Positions 26,480 to 36,017 of a DNA stretch of 64,000 bases are shown here, piece by piece. The translations under genes and the position numbers were made by a program. Each line of letters opens with the position of its first letter. Position 1 is the stretch's first letter. The notes beneath the pieces are model-generated. The model made no database searches, had not been told where the DNA came from, and saw only the letters and a program-made list of their open reading frames with translations. Source of the stretch: a virus (taxonomy: Duplodnaviria; Caudoviricetes); the IMG/VR virus record IMGVR_UViG_3300010429_000387, positions 160,001 through 224,000 of that record; one strand, given 5' to 3'.

Positions 26480-27661
26480 ATGGCAAAGTTGCAAGCGAAG
26501 AAGATCACCGAAGCTCTCAAGAAGGCCCAGCGAGTAGGAGAGGTAGAGGTTTCGTTCACCGTTGCTGACTGCAACGTAGTGCTCAGGAGTCTCCGACCTG
26601 AGGAGTATGAAGCCGCTATGCAAGCGGCTCAGGAGTTCGAGGAACTCCAGTACATCAACGCCTTCAAGCGGGAGCACATCTCCCGTGCCGTCTGCGAAAT
26701 CAACGGAGAGTCTCTCCGTGAGTATGATTTCGTGGAGGTGGACGTTGAGGAAACGGACCCTCGAACAGGCAAGGTTTCAACCAAGACTGTAGCCTTGGAA
26801 CGGCATCAGTTCGTCTCCGAGTACATCTTGGCAACCTGGTCTCGGGAAGTCATCGACACCACCTTCCGGAAGTTCAACGAGGTGGTAGCCAAGTCTGAGA
26901 AGGCTTCCACTGAAGGGGTTGAGTTCACCATCCCCGATGAGACCCCGGAGGAGAAGTACCGCCGTCTGCTCATCGAGGCCAAGGAGATTGAAGGGCAAAT
27001 CCCCTTCGAGCTGGTTGGTCGGATCCTGGACGAGGTGGGGTATATGTCCCGGTCGTCCAAGGGTGAGTTGGAAGGGGTCGATCAGAAGCTCGCCCAGGTG
27101 GCGGAGGAGATCCCCCCTGGAGAGGTTCCCGAACCCCAGCCAGTCCCGGTAGCAGCCCCTCAGAGGGCTCCGGTTCGAGCACAAGCTCCAAGCCACCAGG
27201 CACCAGCAAACCCCCCTCAGGAGGCCCCTGAAGTGCCCCTGGCCCGCCCGGTGCGCCCCAACCTCCCTCCGGAGCTTCAGCATCCCGATCCCGAGGTGCT
27301 CATGAGGAGCCGGAAGCCTCTGAACCAGGTGGCCTCCCCGGTTCCCCAACCACCCCAGGCTCAGGTCCCCCAGGCGACTCAGCCCGCCCAGCCCCCTCCG
27401 GCAATGCAGGCCCGCCCGGTCATCCCAGCCACTCCGGCAGCCCTTCGTAGGGCTCAGGAGATCGAGGCGATGGAGCAGCAGGCAGCTCTTCCAGATGACC
27501 CAACTCCTCCCCCCATCCAGGGTGGAACCAGGTTGGCCGAAGGCATCCCTGAGTTGGCCGAGAACATCGCCAAGGTCAACCCTCAGGCAGCCGAACGGAT
27601 CTTCGAGCAGCCCCCGGTTGCAGGGATCAACCCCAGGTTCAAAGCCCCCCCACGTCTTTGA
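26480..27661 (+). CDS. Tail assembly chaperone 1 with Pro/Gln-rich C-terminus
   Basis: Position after the tube gene; VVLRSLRPEE..ISRAVCEING..ILATW..VIDTTF chaperone-like pattern. Confidence 0.55.
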   Translation: MAKLQAKKITEALKKAQRVGEVEVSFTVADCNVVLRSLRPEEYEAAMQAAQEFEELQYINAFKREHISRAVCEINGESLREYDFVEVDVEETDPRTGKVSTKTVALERHQFVSEYILATWSREVIDTTFRKFNEVVAKSEKASTEGVEFTIPDETPEEKYRRLLIEAKEIEGQIPFELVGRILDEVGYMSRSSKGELEGVDQKLAQVAEEIPPGEVPEPQPVPVAAPQRAPVRAQAPSHQAPANPPQEAPEVPLARPVRPNLPPELQHPDPEVLMRSRKPLNQVASPVPQPPQAQVPQATQPAQPPPAMQARPVIPATPAALRRAQEIEAMEQQAALPDDPTPPPIQGGTRLAEGIPELAENIAKVNPQAAERIFEQPPVAGINPRFKAPPRL

Positions 27662-27669
27662 GGTAAGCC

Positions 27670-28968
27670 ATGCCACGGCCTAGCCTCAACGACCGGATCA
27701 ACGAAATCGTCGAGGGGGCCGAAGAGGCCCTAGCATCCGGCGAGGTTGATCCCGAGGACATTCGGATTCCGGCTCCAAAAGAGCCGGAAGTCAACCCAGA
27801 GGTCTATCGAGATGTGGAAAGCCTCTTGTTCAGGGGCTTTCTCATTTTGCCCGCTGAGATCAACGGGGTTCAGTTCCTCTTCAAGTCAATCAACCATCGG
27901 GAGTTCGAGTACCTTCAGTGGGCCTCGGGCACACTCGGGGAGATGACTGGGAAGTCCATGGATCGCTACTACAGCGCTTTCATGGCTTACGGGGTCTTCA
28001 TGATTGACGGGCAGAACATCCTGCCCGACCGAGACCAGTGGGTCCCAAAGCTCCAAGAGGTCTTCTCTGGGTTCCCAACAGGGGCTCGGGGGAAGATCAT
28101 CCGTCACCTCTCAGAGGTCAACTCCAAGGCGGCTGGGGCAGTGACCCTGACCGAAGCCTACCAGATGGAGAACTACTCCAGGTTCCGGTGGGCTCAGTAT
28201 CGGGGGCTCGACCCAATGTCTTCGACCTCTACTGGGATCTTGGGTACAGAGCGTTTGGGTCTCAACTTCGCCCAACTCGTTTGGAGGGCACTCAACTACT
28301 ACGAGGACACCCGAGACTCAGCCGAGAGGGAGTGGGACAACGCCAAGTTCATCGGGTCCTGCTTCGCGGGCAAGGGCATCCAGAAAATCTACAACCAGGA
28401 CAAGGACCGTCGCCAGAAGGAGCGTGAGGAGCGGGTCAAGCGTCGGGACCAGCTCATTCGTCAGGTGGTCCTTCGAGAAGACCCTGACAAGGCCAAGGAG
28501 AGCGGGCGCTATGTCATGAACGTGGCCCGGTCTGTTGAGGAGTTGGCCGACCAGTTGGAGAAGAACCTTCGAGGAGAGAAGGACTGGCACGATGAGGTGG
28601 TTGCCCGTGAAGAAGCTCGACTCAGGTCTGAGATGACTGCCCGCCAGAAGAAGATCCAAGAGCTGGCTCGGGAGCGTGAGAAGGAGCAGGCCCGCCCCTA
28701 TGCAGCGAGTTCGGAACTCACAGGGCTCACGAAGGAAGAGGTAGCCCAGAGAATCCAGCGGAAGCGTCAGCTTGAAGCCCAACAGGCTGCCTCCCGCATG
28801 GTGCATCCAGAGCTGATGGATGAGCGTATGGAGGGGTTCATGCAGAAGTACCTCGGGGATCAGGACGGAACTTATCAGGATCCTGGTGTGGGGACCACAG
28901 ACCGTGACCCCTCCGAGGTCTTGCCTCTGCCACCTCCACGGCCAAGGGCGACCCCATTCCGGAGATGA
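27670..28968 (+). CDS. Tail assembly chaperone 2
   Basis: Between chaperone 1 and tape measure; FLFKSIN..MAYGVFMIDG..SRFRW..NFAQLVW. Confidence 0.5.
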   Translation: MPRPSLNDRINEIVEGAEEALASGEVDPEDIRIPAPKEPEVNPEVYRDVESLLFRGFLILPAEINGVQFLFKSINHREFEYLQWASGTLGEMTGKSMDRYYSAFMAYGVFMIDGQNILPDRDQWVPKLQEVFSGFPTGARGKIIRHLSEVNSKAAGAVTLTEAYQMENYSRFRWAQYRGLDPMSSTSTGILGTERLGLNFAQLVWRALNYYEDTRDSAEREWDNAKFIGSCFAGKGIQKIYNQDKDRRQKEREERVKRRDQLIRQVVLREDPDKAKESGRYVMNVARSVEELADQLEKNLRGEKDWHDEVVAREEARLRSEMTARQKKIQELAREREKEQARPYAASSELTGLTKEEVAQRIQRKRQLEAQQAASRMVHPELMDERMEGFMQKYLGDQDGTYQDPGVGTTDRDPSEVLPLPPPRPRATPFRR

Positions 28969-28971
28969 CCT

Positions 28972-31900
28972 ATGGCGAGTACCCGTGAGCAAGTCGAACT
29001 AGCGTTCAATATCGAGCTTGAGACTCGTAAGGCTCTCGGTGCCCTCAGCAAGATGGACAAGTCGCTCAAGGCGATGGTGTCCAAGAAGCTGAAGTTCGAC
29101 GCTTTCGACTCCAAGTCCCTCAAGAAGGCCGAAAAGGGTGTCGGTCGGATTGGGGACGAGCTGAAGGACATGATGTCCTTGATGTCGAAGAAGAGCAGGG
29201 GGGCTATTTCCAAGCAGTTTGTTGAGGCCGAGTCAGCAGCTAGGAACCTCACCAGGGTCGTCACAGCCGAGCGGGAGAAGATTGCCAAGGCTGAGGAAGC
29301 CATCAACAGGGAGTCTGACAAGGCCAGGAAGGCAGCCCTTCAGGAGACCCTCAAGGACCTCCAAAAGGAGAGTTCTCTTGTCATCAAAGAGGCCAAGAAG
29401 TCCTACAGCGAGAAGAGCAAGATCCTCTCCAAGAAGATGGAGAAGACTGGGGTCCACAATGAGATCCAGCGTAGGGCAGAGAGTAAGGGTGCCACTGCCA
29501 AGGGGCTGAAAGACACCCTGGATGCAGCTCAGTCCTACAGCATGGGCGAGGAACTCTTCGAGGGGTTCAAGGACGGTATCGACTCCCTCAAGGGCAAGGA
29601 CGTTCTTGGGATTGCCAAGGCTGGACTCAAGATGTCCGCCTCGGTCTTCAAGAAGGCTGGTGCCGTAGCGTTGCCCAAGATTCTGAAGGGTGGGTTTGCC
29701 CTTCAGGATAAGGGGCAAGAGATGAAGAACAAGGGCAAAGACATGAAGGGCTTTGCCGGGGCCGGGATGCAGGGCCTAGGTTCCGCCATGAAGGGCATTG
29801 GCGGGATGATGAAATCCATCGGCCCTCTCGTTGGTACCCTTGCCAAGATGGGACCCATCCTCAGTGCCTCGGCCGCCATCTTTGCTGCCATCGTCAAGAT
29901 TGCCCTGGATGCTGAGTCGGCTGCCAAGGAGATGAACAAGAACCTCCTTGATGGGGCCTCGGCCGCTGAGTTCCTGTATGAGGGTGGGAAGAAGTCGGAG
30001 GGTGCCTTCCGCAAGCTGGACTCAACCCTGGACCAGGTCAGGAAGGATGCCACTGACATAGGTGAGAACTTCAAGTGGGGCACCAAGGCAGATGACATCA
30101 TCAAGACCACCAACGCCTTGGCCCAGCAGGGGATCACACTCAAGAGCATGACCCAGGCGTTCAAGAACGCTGGGGACTCTTCCGACCAGGCAGCTCGTCA
30201 GATCAAGGGTTTTGGCGATATGGCCCGGATGAGCTTTGCCTACTCACGGCTCATGGGTGTGAGCATCAACGAGATCACTGACCTCCAAGGGGAGATGTTC
30301 ACCGAGATGGGGACCAGCTTGTCTGGCCTCAAGTTGGAGTTCGCCCGGATGACGAAGGAGGCCAACGAATCCGGGATGGCTACCAACAAGTTCTTCGCCA
30401 TCCTTCGAGGTGTTTCCGCTGACCTTGGTCTCTACACGACACGTATTGGTCAGGCTGCCACGATGCTCAAGCTCCTCGGGAAGGTGATGAACCCGAGGGA
30501 GGCCCAGAAGTTCTTCCAGACCGCCATGCAGGGCATGAAGCAGATGTCCGAGGAAGAGCGACTCCGCATGACGCTCTTGGCGGGTGAGGGTGCCACCAAG
30601 GACATTGTGACCAAGGACCTCGCCCGGAAGTCGAAGCTAGCCTACGCTGACATGGCCTCCTCTGCTGGTATGACCGTTGAAGAGGTCAAGAAGGCAGTTG
30701 ATAAGGGTGGTAGTGAGCTTGATGCGATGTTGCAGAAGGTCCCCGAGAACCAGAGGGCAGCCTTCAAGAGCTTCTTGGCAGAGGCCAAAATGGACAAGAA
30801 CGCCCTTGAGAAGGGCGGGATCATGGGCATCCAGGAGGCAGCCTCCAACCTCTCGGCTGCTGGTGCTCTTACCCTGACCAAGAAGGCCCTACAGCGCTTC
30901 GGTGGTGGTGGGAAGCTCCGGGACATGACTGGGGTCCAAGCCTTTGCTGCCCGTAAGGCAGCCGGTGTCTCGCTGGAGCAGTTCCGGGGGATGGCGAAGT
31001 TGGAGGCCGCCGTAGATGACCAGAAGGAGGAGATGATCAAGCTCCTCAAGAAGCCACCACAGGAGTTGACTGAGGGGGACAAGCAGATGCTTGCCCGCAT
31101 GGATGCCATGGGCCTCAAAGATGAGAAGGCCATCAAGGCAGCCGATGATGCAGATGTCATCGCCACGATGGAGAAGAGTGCTCAGGACAACCTGGCAGCC
31201 GCCCAAGAGCAGACAGACTACGCTGCTGAGACCTTCAAGGCCACAACCAGCATCTCCGACAAGATAGAGATGGTCATCGAGGGTATCTTCGAGTTTCTCT
31301 ACGTCAAACTCAAGAGGATCCTTGAGGACATCAACGAGTTCATCGACCTGGTTGCCGGGTGGTGGAATAAGACTGATCCAAGGAAGCAAGCCAAAGCGGT
31401 TGACGATGCTCTCTCAAAGACCAAGACCGAGGGGAACGCCAAGCTCATCGACGCCATGGTGGAGGCTGGTAGGAACGAAACAACCGCTGGGGGTAAGGCA
31501 GCCAGGTGGATTGAAACAGTTGGTCCTGTTCTTGACAAGGCATTGAGTGAGTCCGGAGCCAAGGACAAAGAAGCGAGCCGAACAGCTTCTATTGCGGCAC
31601 ATGAGAAGACCCTCGGTCGGTCTATGACCAAAGAAGAGCTGGGGGACTTCAATAAGGGCTTTGAGGAGCGGTTCAGTAAACTCACTACGATGCAGAAGAA
31701 CCCCTCAATGCAGAATGCCTTGAGTGACGTTCTTGTTCGTGGAGGCTTGGATACCACTGAGGGAGGCAAGAAAACTGTCGGAATGACAGGGATCGATGCT
31801 GCGAAGAAGAAGAAGTTTGACGAGTCCCTTGCTGCACAGGAAGCCCAATCGAAGAAGGATGGTGGGGCAACCCTAATCAGTGTCCAAAGAGCCATGAGAG

Positions 31901-32895
31901 AGGCTGGTTTTGAGGAGAAGGACTACAAGGAGTTCATCCAAAAGTCCCTCCGGGCTATGAGTCCAGAGGGATTGGCTCAGACTCTTCCCAATATGGACAT
32001 CCTCAAAGGCCAGGGGCCTGCAAAGGTTGCTGAGTCCACTGACGCAGCCAAGGCCAAGGCGGCCAAGGAGAAGGCTGCTGCTGAAGAGGCTGCCAAGGCC
32101 AAGGCCAAGGGAGGGGCTGAAGCCAAGCCAGCCGCTCCGGGAGCCCCAGCCCCACCTTCCCCAACAGGTCAGGCAGCCGCTACTGCCAAGGCCGCCGATC
32201 CTGGAAACGCTGGGGCAGTCACGACTTCTACCGCTGCCCCAGCCGCTACCCCAGCCACCTCGACCCCAGGGTCCAACTTCAGCCCGACCCTGGCCCCGAT
32301 GAGCAACGTCAACGGGCCGATGATGTCTTCTACCCCTGACAAGGGGACCCAAGAAGTCGTCAGCATGATTGACATCACGGGGAGGGACACCGTCAGGAAT
32401 CTCCAGGACCTCTGGGACCTGATGAAGCAGAAGGGTATCAGGCTCAACCCCCAGCGGTTCAAGGAGGACACCAACATCGAGAAGAGTGTCCTTGACGCTG
32501 TTCGAGTCGCCCTTTTCGAGTTCGCTGTCTATACCGCTGAGGACCCAAACAAGGTCCTTGAGAAGATGGAGAACTCAGGGCTTGATGCCGGGAAGCAGGC
32601 GGAGGCTTTCAAGGCGGCAAAGGGGTACAAGCCTGGGTTCCTGAATGATAACGCTGAAGGTGGTGTGGTTACCAGTGTTGGTGGGGGCCTAGCCACAATC
32701 AATCCAGCTCCAGGTGAGGGTCTGGCCTCCATTGGGAAGGGGGAGAGGATCATTCCTGCCGGTGGGGGGCAGGGAGGGGCAGGCAACATCACGGTCAATG
32801 TGAATGGGATCGGAGGGGCCGACCTCGCCAATCTCATCAAGGCCAAGGTGGCTGAGGGTGTCTACGAGTACAAGCGTCGGGAGAAGTTTCACTGA
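28972..32895 (+). CDS. Tape measure protein (1307 aa)
   Basis: Long Ala/Lys/Met-rich helical protein with a hydrophobic amphipathic segment; C-terminal AEGGVV..GERIIP..NITVNVNG. Confidence 0.8.
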   Translation: MASTREQVELAFNIELETRKALGALSKMDKSLKAMVSKKLKFDAFDSKSLKKAEKGVGRIGDELKDMMSLMSKKSRGAISKQFVEAESAARNLTRVVTAEREKIAKAEEAINRESDKARKAALQETLKDLQKESSLVIKEAKKSYSEKSKILSKKMEKTGVHNEIQRRAESKGATAKGLKDTLDAAQSYSMGEELFEGFKDGIDSLKGKDVLGIAKAGLKMSASVFKKAGAVALPKILKGGFALQDKGQEMKNKGKDMKGFAGAGMQGLGSAMKGIGGMMKSIGPLVGTLAKMGPILSASAAIFAAIVKIALDAESAAKEMNKNLLDGASAAEFLYEGGKKSEGAFRKLDSTLDQVRKDATDIGENFKWGTKADDIIKTTNALAQQGITLKSMTQAFKNAGDSSDQAARQIKGFGDMARMSFAYSRLMGVSINEITDLQGEMFTEMGTSLSGLKLEFARMTKEANESGMATNKFFAILRGVSADLGLYTTRIGQAATMLKLLGKVMNPREAQKFFQTAMQGMKQMSEEERLRMTLLAGEGATKDIVTKDLARKSKLAYADMASSAGMTVEEVKKAVDKGGSELDAMLQKVPENQRAAFKSFLAEAKMDKNALEKGGIMGIQEAASNLSAAGALTLTKKALQRFGGGGKLRDMTGVQAFAARKAAGVSLEQFRGMAKLEAAVDDQKEEMIKLLKKPPQELTEGDKQMLARMDAMGLKDEKAIKAADDADVIATMEKSAQDNLAAAQEQTDYAAETFKATTSISDKIEMVIEGIFEFLYVKLKRILEDINEFIDLVAGWWNKTDPRKQAKAVDDALSKTKTEGNAKLIDAMVEAGRNETTAGGKAARWIETVGPVLDKALSESGAKDKEASRTASIAAHEKTLGRSMTKEELGDFNKGFEERFSKLTTMQKNPSMQNALSDVLVRGGLDTTEGGKKTVGMTGIDAAKKKKFDESLAAQEAQSKKDGGATLISVQRAMREAGFEEKDYKEFIQKSLRAMSPEGLAQTLPNMDILKGQGPAKVAESTDAAKAKAAKEKAAAEEAAKAKAKGGAEAKPAAPGAPAPPSPTGQAAATAKAADPGNAGAVTTSTAAPAATPATSTPGSNFSPTLAPMSNVNGPMMSSTPDKGTQEVVSMIDITGRDTVRNLQDLWDLMKQKGIRLNPQRFKEDTNIEKSVLDAVRVALFEFAVYTAEDPNKVLEKMENSGLDAGKQAEAFKAAKGYKPGFLNDNAEGGVVTSVGGGLATINPAPGEGLASIGKGERIIPAGGGQGGAGNITVNVNGIGGADLANLIKAKVAEGVYEYKRREKFH

Positions 32896-33764
32896 TGGGC
32901 TACATTCGATCCGCCAATCCGTCGAACTTCGCTCCCACCACGGATGGGAAGGCAGTCTACATCCATGGTGCGGACACCAGGAAGCACTATGTCCCACTCG
33001 CCTTCCAGGTTACCAGCCCCTATGACCACCAGAAGGTCCTACTCCCTCATGCCCTGGTTGCCCACGTCAACCCGATGAGCTTTGCTGAGACCTTCACCAA
33101 GAAGGTCGAGCGGATTCAGACCAGGGGAGGGTTCGTCGAACAGCACTGGGGTGATGAGCTGACTGAAATCTCGGTGGACCAGTCTACTGGAGCCTTCGTG
33201 AACCTGTATACAGGGCTCTCCTCGGTTCTCAGGCAGAGGACCATTGCCTGGGACAGGTACCGGGACCTCTATGACCTCTATCGAAACAACGGCTCGGTCT
33301 ACGACCCTTTTGGGAACATCGTTCTCCAGGGGTGGATCATGCTCATGTTCGACCGGGGGACCTACATTGGGACTTTTCGCAACTTCTCGGTGGAGGAGAC
33401 TGACGATAGTCCCTTCGCCTTCAAGATTTCGTGGACCTTCAAGGTGGAGCACACCATCCAGAAGATCCCCTACACCGATGAGTTCTCCAGAGGGGCTCCG
33501 ACATTCCAGAGCATGAACGGGAAGAAGGTCGAGGTCACCAACCAAGGGGAGACCAACGCCCAATACTACAATCGGCTTGAGGAGGAAAAAGCTGCCGAGG
33601 AGAAAAAGGCGAGTGAGGCTCGGGCAGAGGTTCTTCGACAGACTGCTGTAGCCGGGTACAACGCAGTTGTGTCTGGGTACAACTCCGTCATGGACTTCTT
33701 GGGCGGACTACCCTCAGCCCCCTCGAACCCGGATGCCCCCAAGCTCCCAACCACCAAGGAATAG
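32895..33764 (+). CDS. Baseplate tube-initiator (T4 gp48/gp54-like role)
   Basis: TGATG coupling to the tape measure; VNPMSF..QTRGGFVEQHWGDEL..YIGTFRNFSVEE..PFAFKISWTF. Confidence 0.6.
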   Translation: MGYIRSANPSNFAPTTDGKAVYIHGADTRKHYVPLAFQVTSPYDHQKVLLPHALVAHVNPMSFAETFTKKVERIQTRGGFVEQHWGDELTEISVDQSTGAFVNLYTGLSSVLRQRTIAWDRYRDLYDLYRNNGSVYDPFGNIVLQGWIMLMFDRGTYIGTFRNFSVEETDDSPFAFKISWTFKVEHTIQKIPYTDEFSRGAPTFQSMNGKKVEVTNQGETNAQYYNRLEEEKAAEEKKASEARAEVLRQTAVAGYNAVVSGYNSVMDFLGGLPSAPSNPDAPKLPTTKE

Positions 33765-33774
33765 AGTCTAGGAG

Positions 33775-36015
33775 ATGGCGACCAAGAACATCACAGACCC
33801 TACTGGGAACGAGCCTCTGAACTATCAGAGTGGTTGGGGATCTCCACAGGACCCCACTACTTTCGAGGGGATGGTGTTCCCCCCGGTGACGAGTGGGCAG
33901 GCTTCATCGCATCCTCTCCCTCCAGGTGTTCGGCGTGGCGAACGGGTCATCACGGACATCGAGAACAAGGCTGACTACTACTCTCCGGAACTCTACCGGA
34001 AACTACTCACCTTCTTCTCCAGCTCTCAGTTTGAGCAAGACTCTAACACCGACTTCATTCCAATCTCCCAAACGAAGGCCAACCCAAAGCTCTTCGTGGT
34101 TGGGCTCATCCCACCTTCAGCCACCGTCACAGGGAGGCTTCTCGACCGGTCGGCTTCGATTGCAAACGCCACTGGTTGGCCTGACCAGGAGCTAGACTTC
34201 TCTGGGGCCAAGGCTGGTGCTCCTGGGGGTGCTTCTGGTGGGGGTAGTAAGACAATGCCCATCGTGACGGTCTCCGGCTACACGATTGGGCAGGGGACAG
34301 GAAAGTCCGATGGTGTACCAGGGGGAGGGGGAGGGGCAGGACCCAACGGAGGTCCGCCTATCATGACCCGTCTCTCTATTCCCCAGCTCTGGAATGTCCT
34401 GTCTAACGCCTATCGAAGCATGTACGGGAAGGACGCAACCCCTACTGAGATGCAGTTCTATGTTGCTCAGGCTATGCGTGAGACTGGGGGCAACCTCCCA
34501 AACAACAACTTCGGGTTCGTAGGTAACTACCCGAAACCACCCGAGGGGCGTGAGACTTTCAGGTGGACAAACGGGATGTACTTCAACTCCTATGCCACTA
34601 CAGAGGAGGGGGCAAGAGGCTTCCTAGGTCACTTGCGGAGTCAAAATGTTGGTGATTCAGCTCGTGCTGGGGACGTGATGGGGTATATGACCTCCCTTGC
34701 TCAGGGCGGTTATTATGGGGAGCCCGTAGAGGTCTACTACCATGGGACGGCAGCAAGCCCGAAGAATGGGCTGTTTCCAGCCCTTCTGGGGGATGTTGCT
34801 AGGGGGATGGCCCCTTACGGAGTGCAGCTCGATCCAGGAACTAGCCTTCCAGCCCACTCTCCAGATGCTTGCGCCTTCAGGGAAAGCGTCTTTGCCTACC
34901 GAGATCGGACTGCCCCAGGGTGGAACAAGGGGGGTAAGGGTGGTGGCCTGAAGCCGGACAACCTGTTCAGGTTCATGCCTGGGTCGGACTACAGTGGCAA
35001 CTGCACTATGGATGCCAAGACGGCTGGGGAGCCCCCAAGTACCAACGGGGCTTGGGCCGGGTCTGGGAGCAAGGATGCTGCTGCGGCTAAGGCTGCGGAT
35101 GTCAAGAAGACAGACACAGACCTGAACACCTCGGACATTGGGAAGAGGTTCCAGGCTGCTCAGGCGGCTGAGGCTTTCCAGACAGCTATGCTCATCAACA
35201 AGATGAGAGACACCCCACCTCTTCGACTCCTGGTCAACCCCAAGAGCTTCAAGATCAGCTCGGAAAAGATATGCAACGATGGGAACTGGACCCGGAATGG
35301 GCACATCATCGAGCATTGGGGGGACCAGCAGGACAAGCTCGATGCCTCAGGGACTCTGGCAGCCTTCTTTGCCATTGACGCCAACAGCCAGACCCCCGAC
35401 TCGGATGGGTCCAGTCCAGGTCTCACACGGGTCGCTAGGCAATACTCGGAGAGCTTCCAGAACTTCCTGTCCTTGTACCTGCTCTACAAGAATAACGGAT
35501 ACCTGTTCACCTCAGGTTTGGAACAGCAGAACAGCAAGAGCAGCTTCTTCACCCGACTGTCCCTGGTAGGGTCGATCTACATCTACTACGACTCGACTCT
35601 GTACATCGGGTCGTTCGACAACTTCAACATCACTGAGACTGACGACAAGCCCTACACCCTGGAGTACAACTTCCAGTTCACGGTTCGGGCAACGTTCCTC
35701 CTCGACCGCCCAGATGAGTACGACTACGGGAACAAGGACCTGTTCAAGGGGTCCCCAGCCCTCTCAGGAGAGGATGCTCTCTTCCAAAAGGATGAGGAGG
35801 ACAGCCACACCATTGTGGAGGTCCCGCCTGATGCCCCCCAGACAATCGAAGAGCAGTGGGCTCGTGAGGCGGATGAGAAGGCAAGACAAGAGGCGTTCTT
35901 CGCCAGTCTCCCACCTTCTGGAGACACTACCATCGACCCAGCCGTAGCAGCGGCAACTGGTGGTGGGCAAGCGGTTCCTAAGCCAACTCAGGCCCAGAAG
36001 AAGGGGAAGAAGTAG
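33775..36015 (+). CDS. Baseplate protein: GH73/lysozyme-like domain plus tube-initiator-like domain
   Basis: VAQAMRETGG..NNNFG..FNSYATTEEG..LAQGGYY resembles FlgJ/GH73. The C-terminal domain is paralogous to 32895..33764. Confidence 0.65.
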   Translation: MATKNITDPTGNEPLNYQSGWGSPQDPTTFEGMVFPPVTSGQASSHPLPPGVRRGERVITDIENKADYYSPELYRKLLTFFSSSQFEQDSNTDFIPISQTKANPKLFVVGLIPPSATVTGRLLDRSASIANATGWPDQELDFSGAKAGAPGGASGGGSKTMPIVTVSGYTIGQGTGKSDGVPGGGGGAGPNGGPPIMTRLSIPQLWNVLSNAYRSMYGKDATPTEMQFYVAQAMRETGGNLPNNNFGFVGNYPKPPEGRETFRWTNGMYFNSYATTEEGARGFLGHLRSQNVGDSARAGDVMGYMTSLAQGGYYGEPVEVYYHGTAASPKNGLFPALLGDVARGMAPYGVQLDPGTSLPAHSPDACAFRESVFAYRDRTAPGWNKGGKGGGLKPDNLFRFMPGSDYSGNCTMDAKTAGEPPSTNGAWAGSGSKDAAAAKAADVKKTDTDLNTSDIGKRFQAAQAAEAFQTAMLINKMRDTPPLRLLVNPKSFKISSEKICNDGNWTRNGHIIEHWGDQQDKLDASGTLAAFFAIDANSQTPDSDGSSPGLTRVARQYSESFQNFLSLYLLYKNNGYLFTSGLEQQNSKSSFFTRLSLVGSIYIYYDSTLYIGSFDNFNITETDDKPYTLEYNFQFTVRATFLLDRPDEYDYGNKDLFKGSPALSGEDALFQKDEEDSHTIVEVPPDAPQTIEEQWAREADEKARQEAFFASLPPSGDTTIDPAVAAATGGGQAVPKPTQAQKKGKK

Positions 36016-36017
36016 TC

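Noticed and set aside
27644-27672. Lambda G/GT-style -1 frameshift at C CCC CCA joining the two tail chaperones
   Set aside because: The second gene is in the -1 frame, but that frame hits TAA at 27664-27666 before ATG 27670, so no fusion is possible. The second gene has its own RBS (GAGGT).
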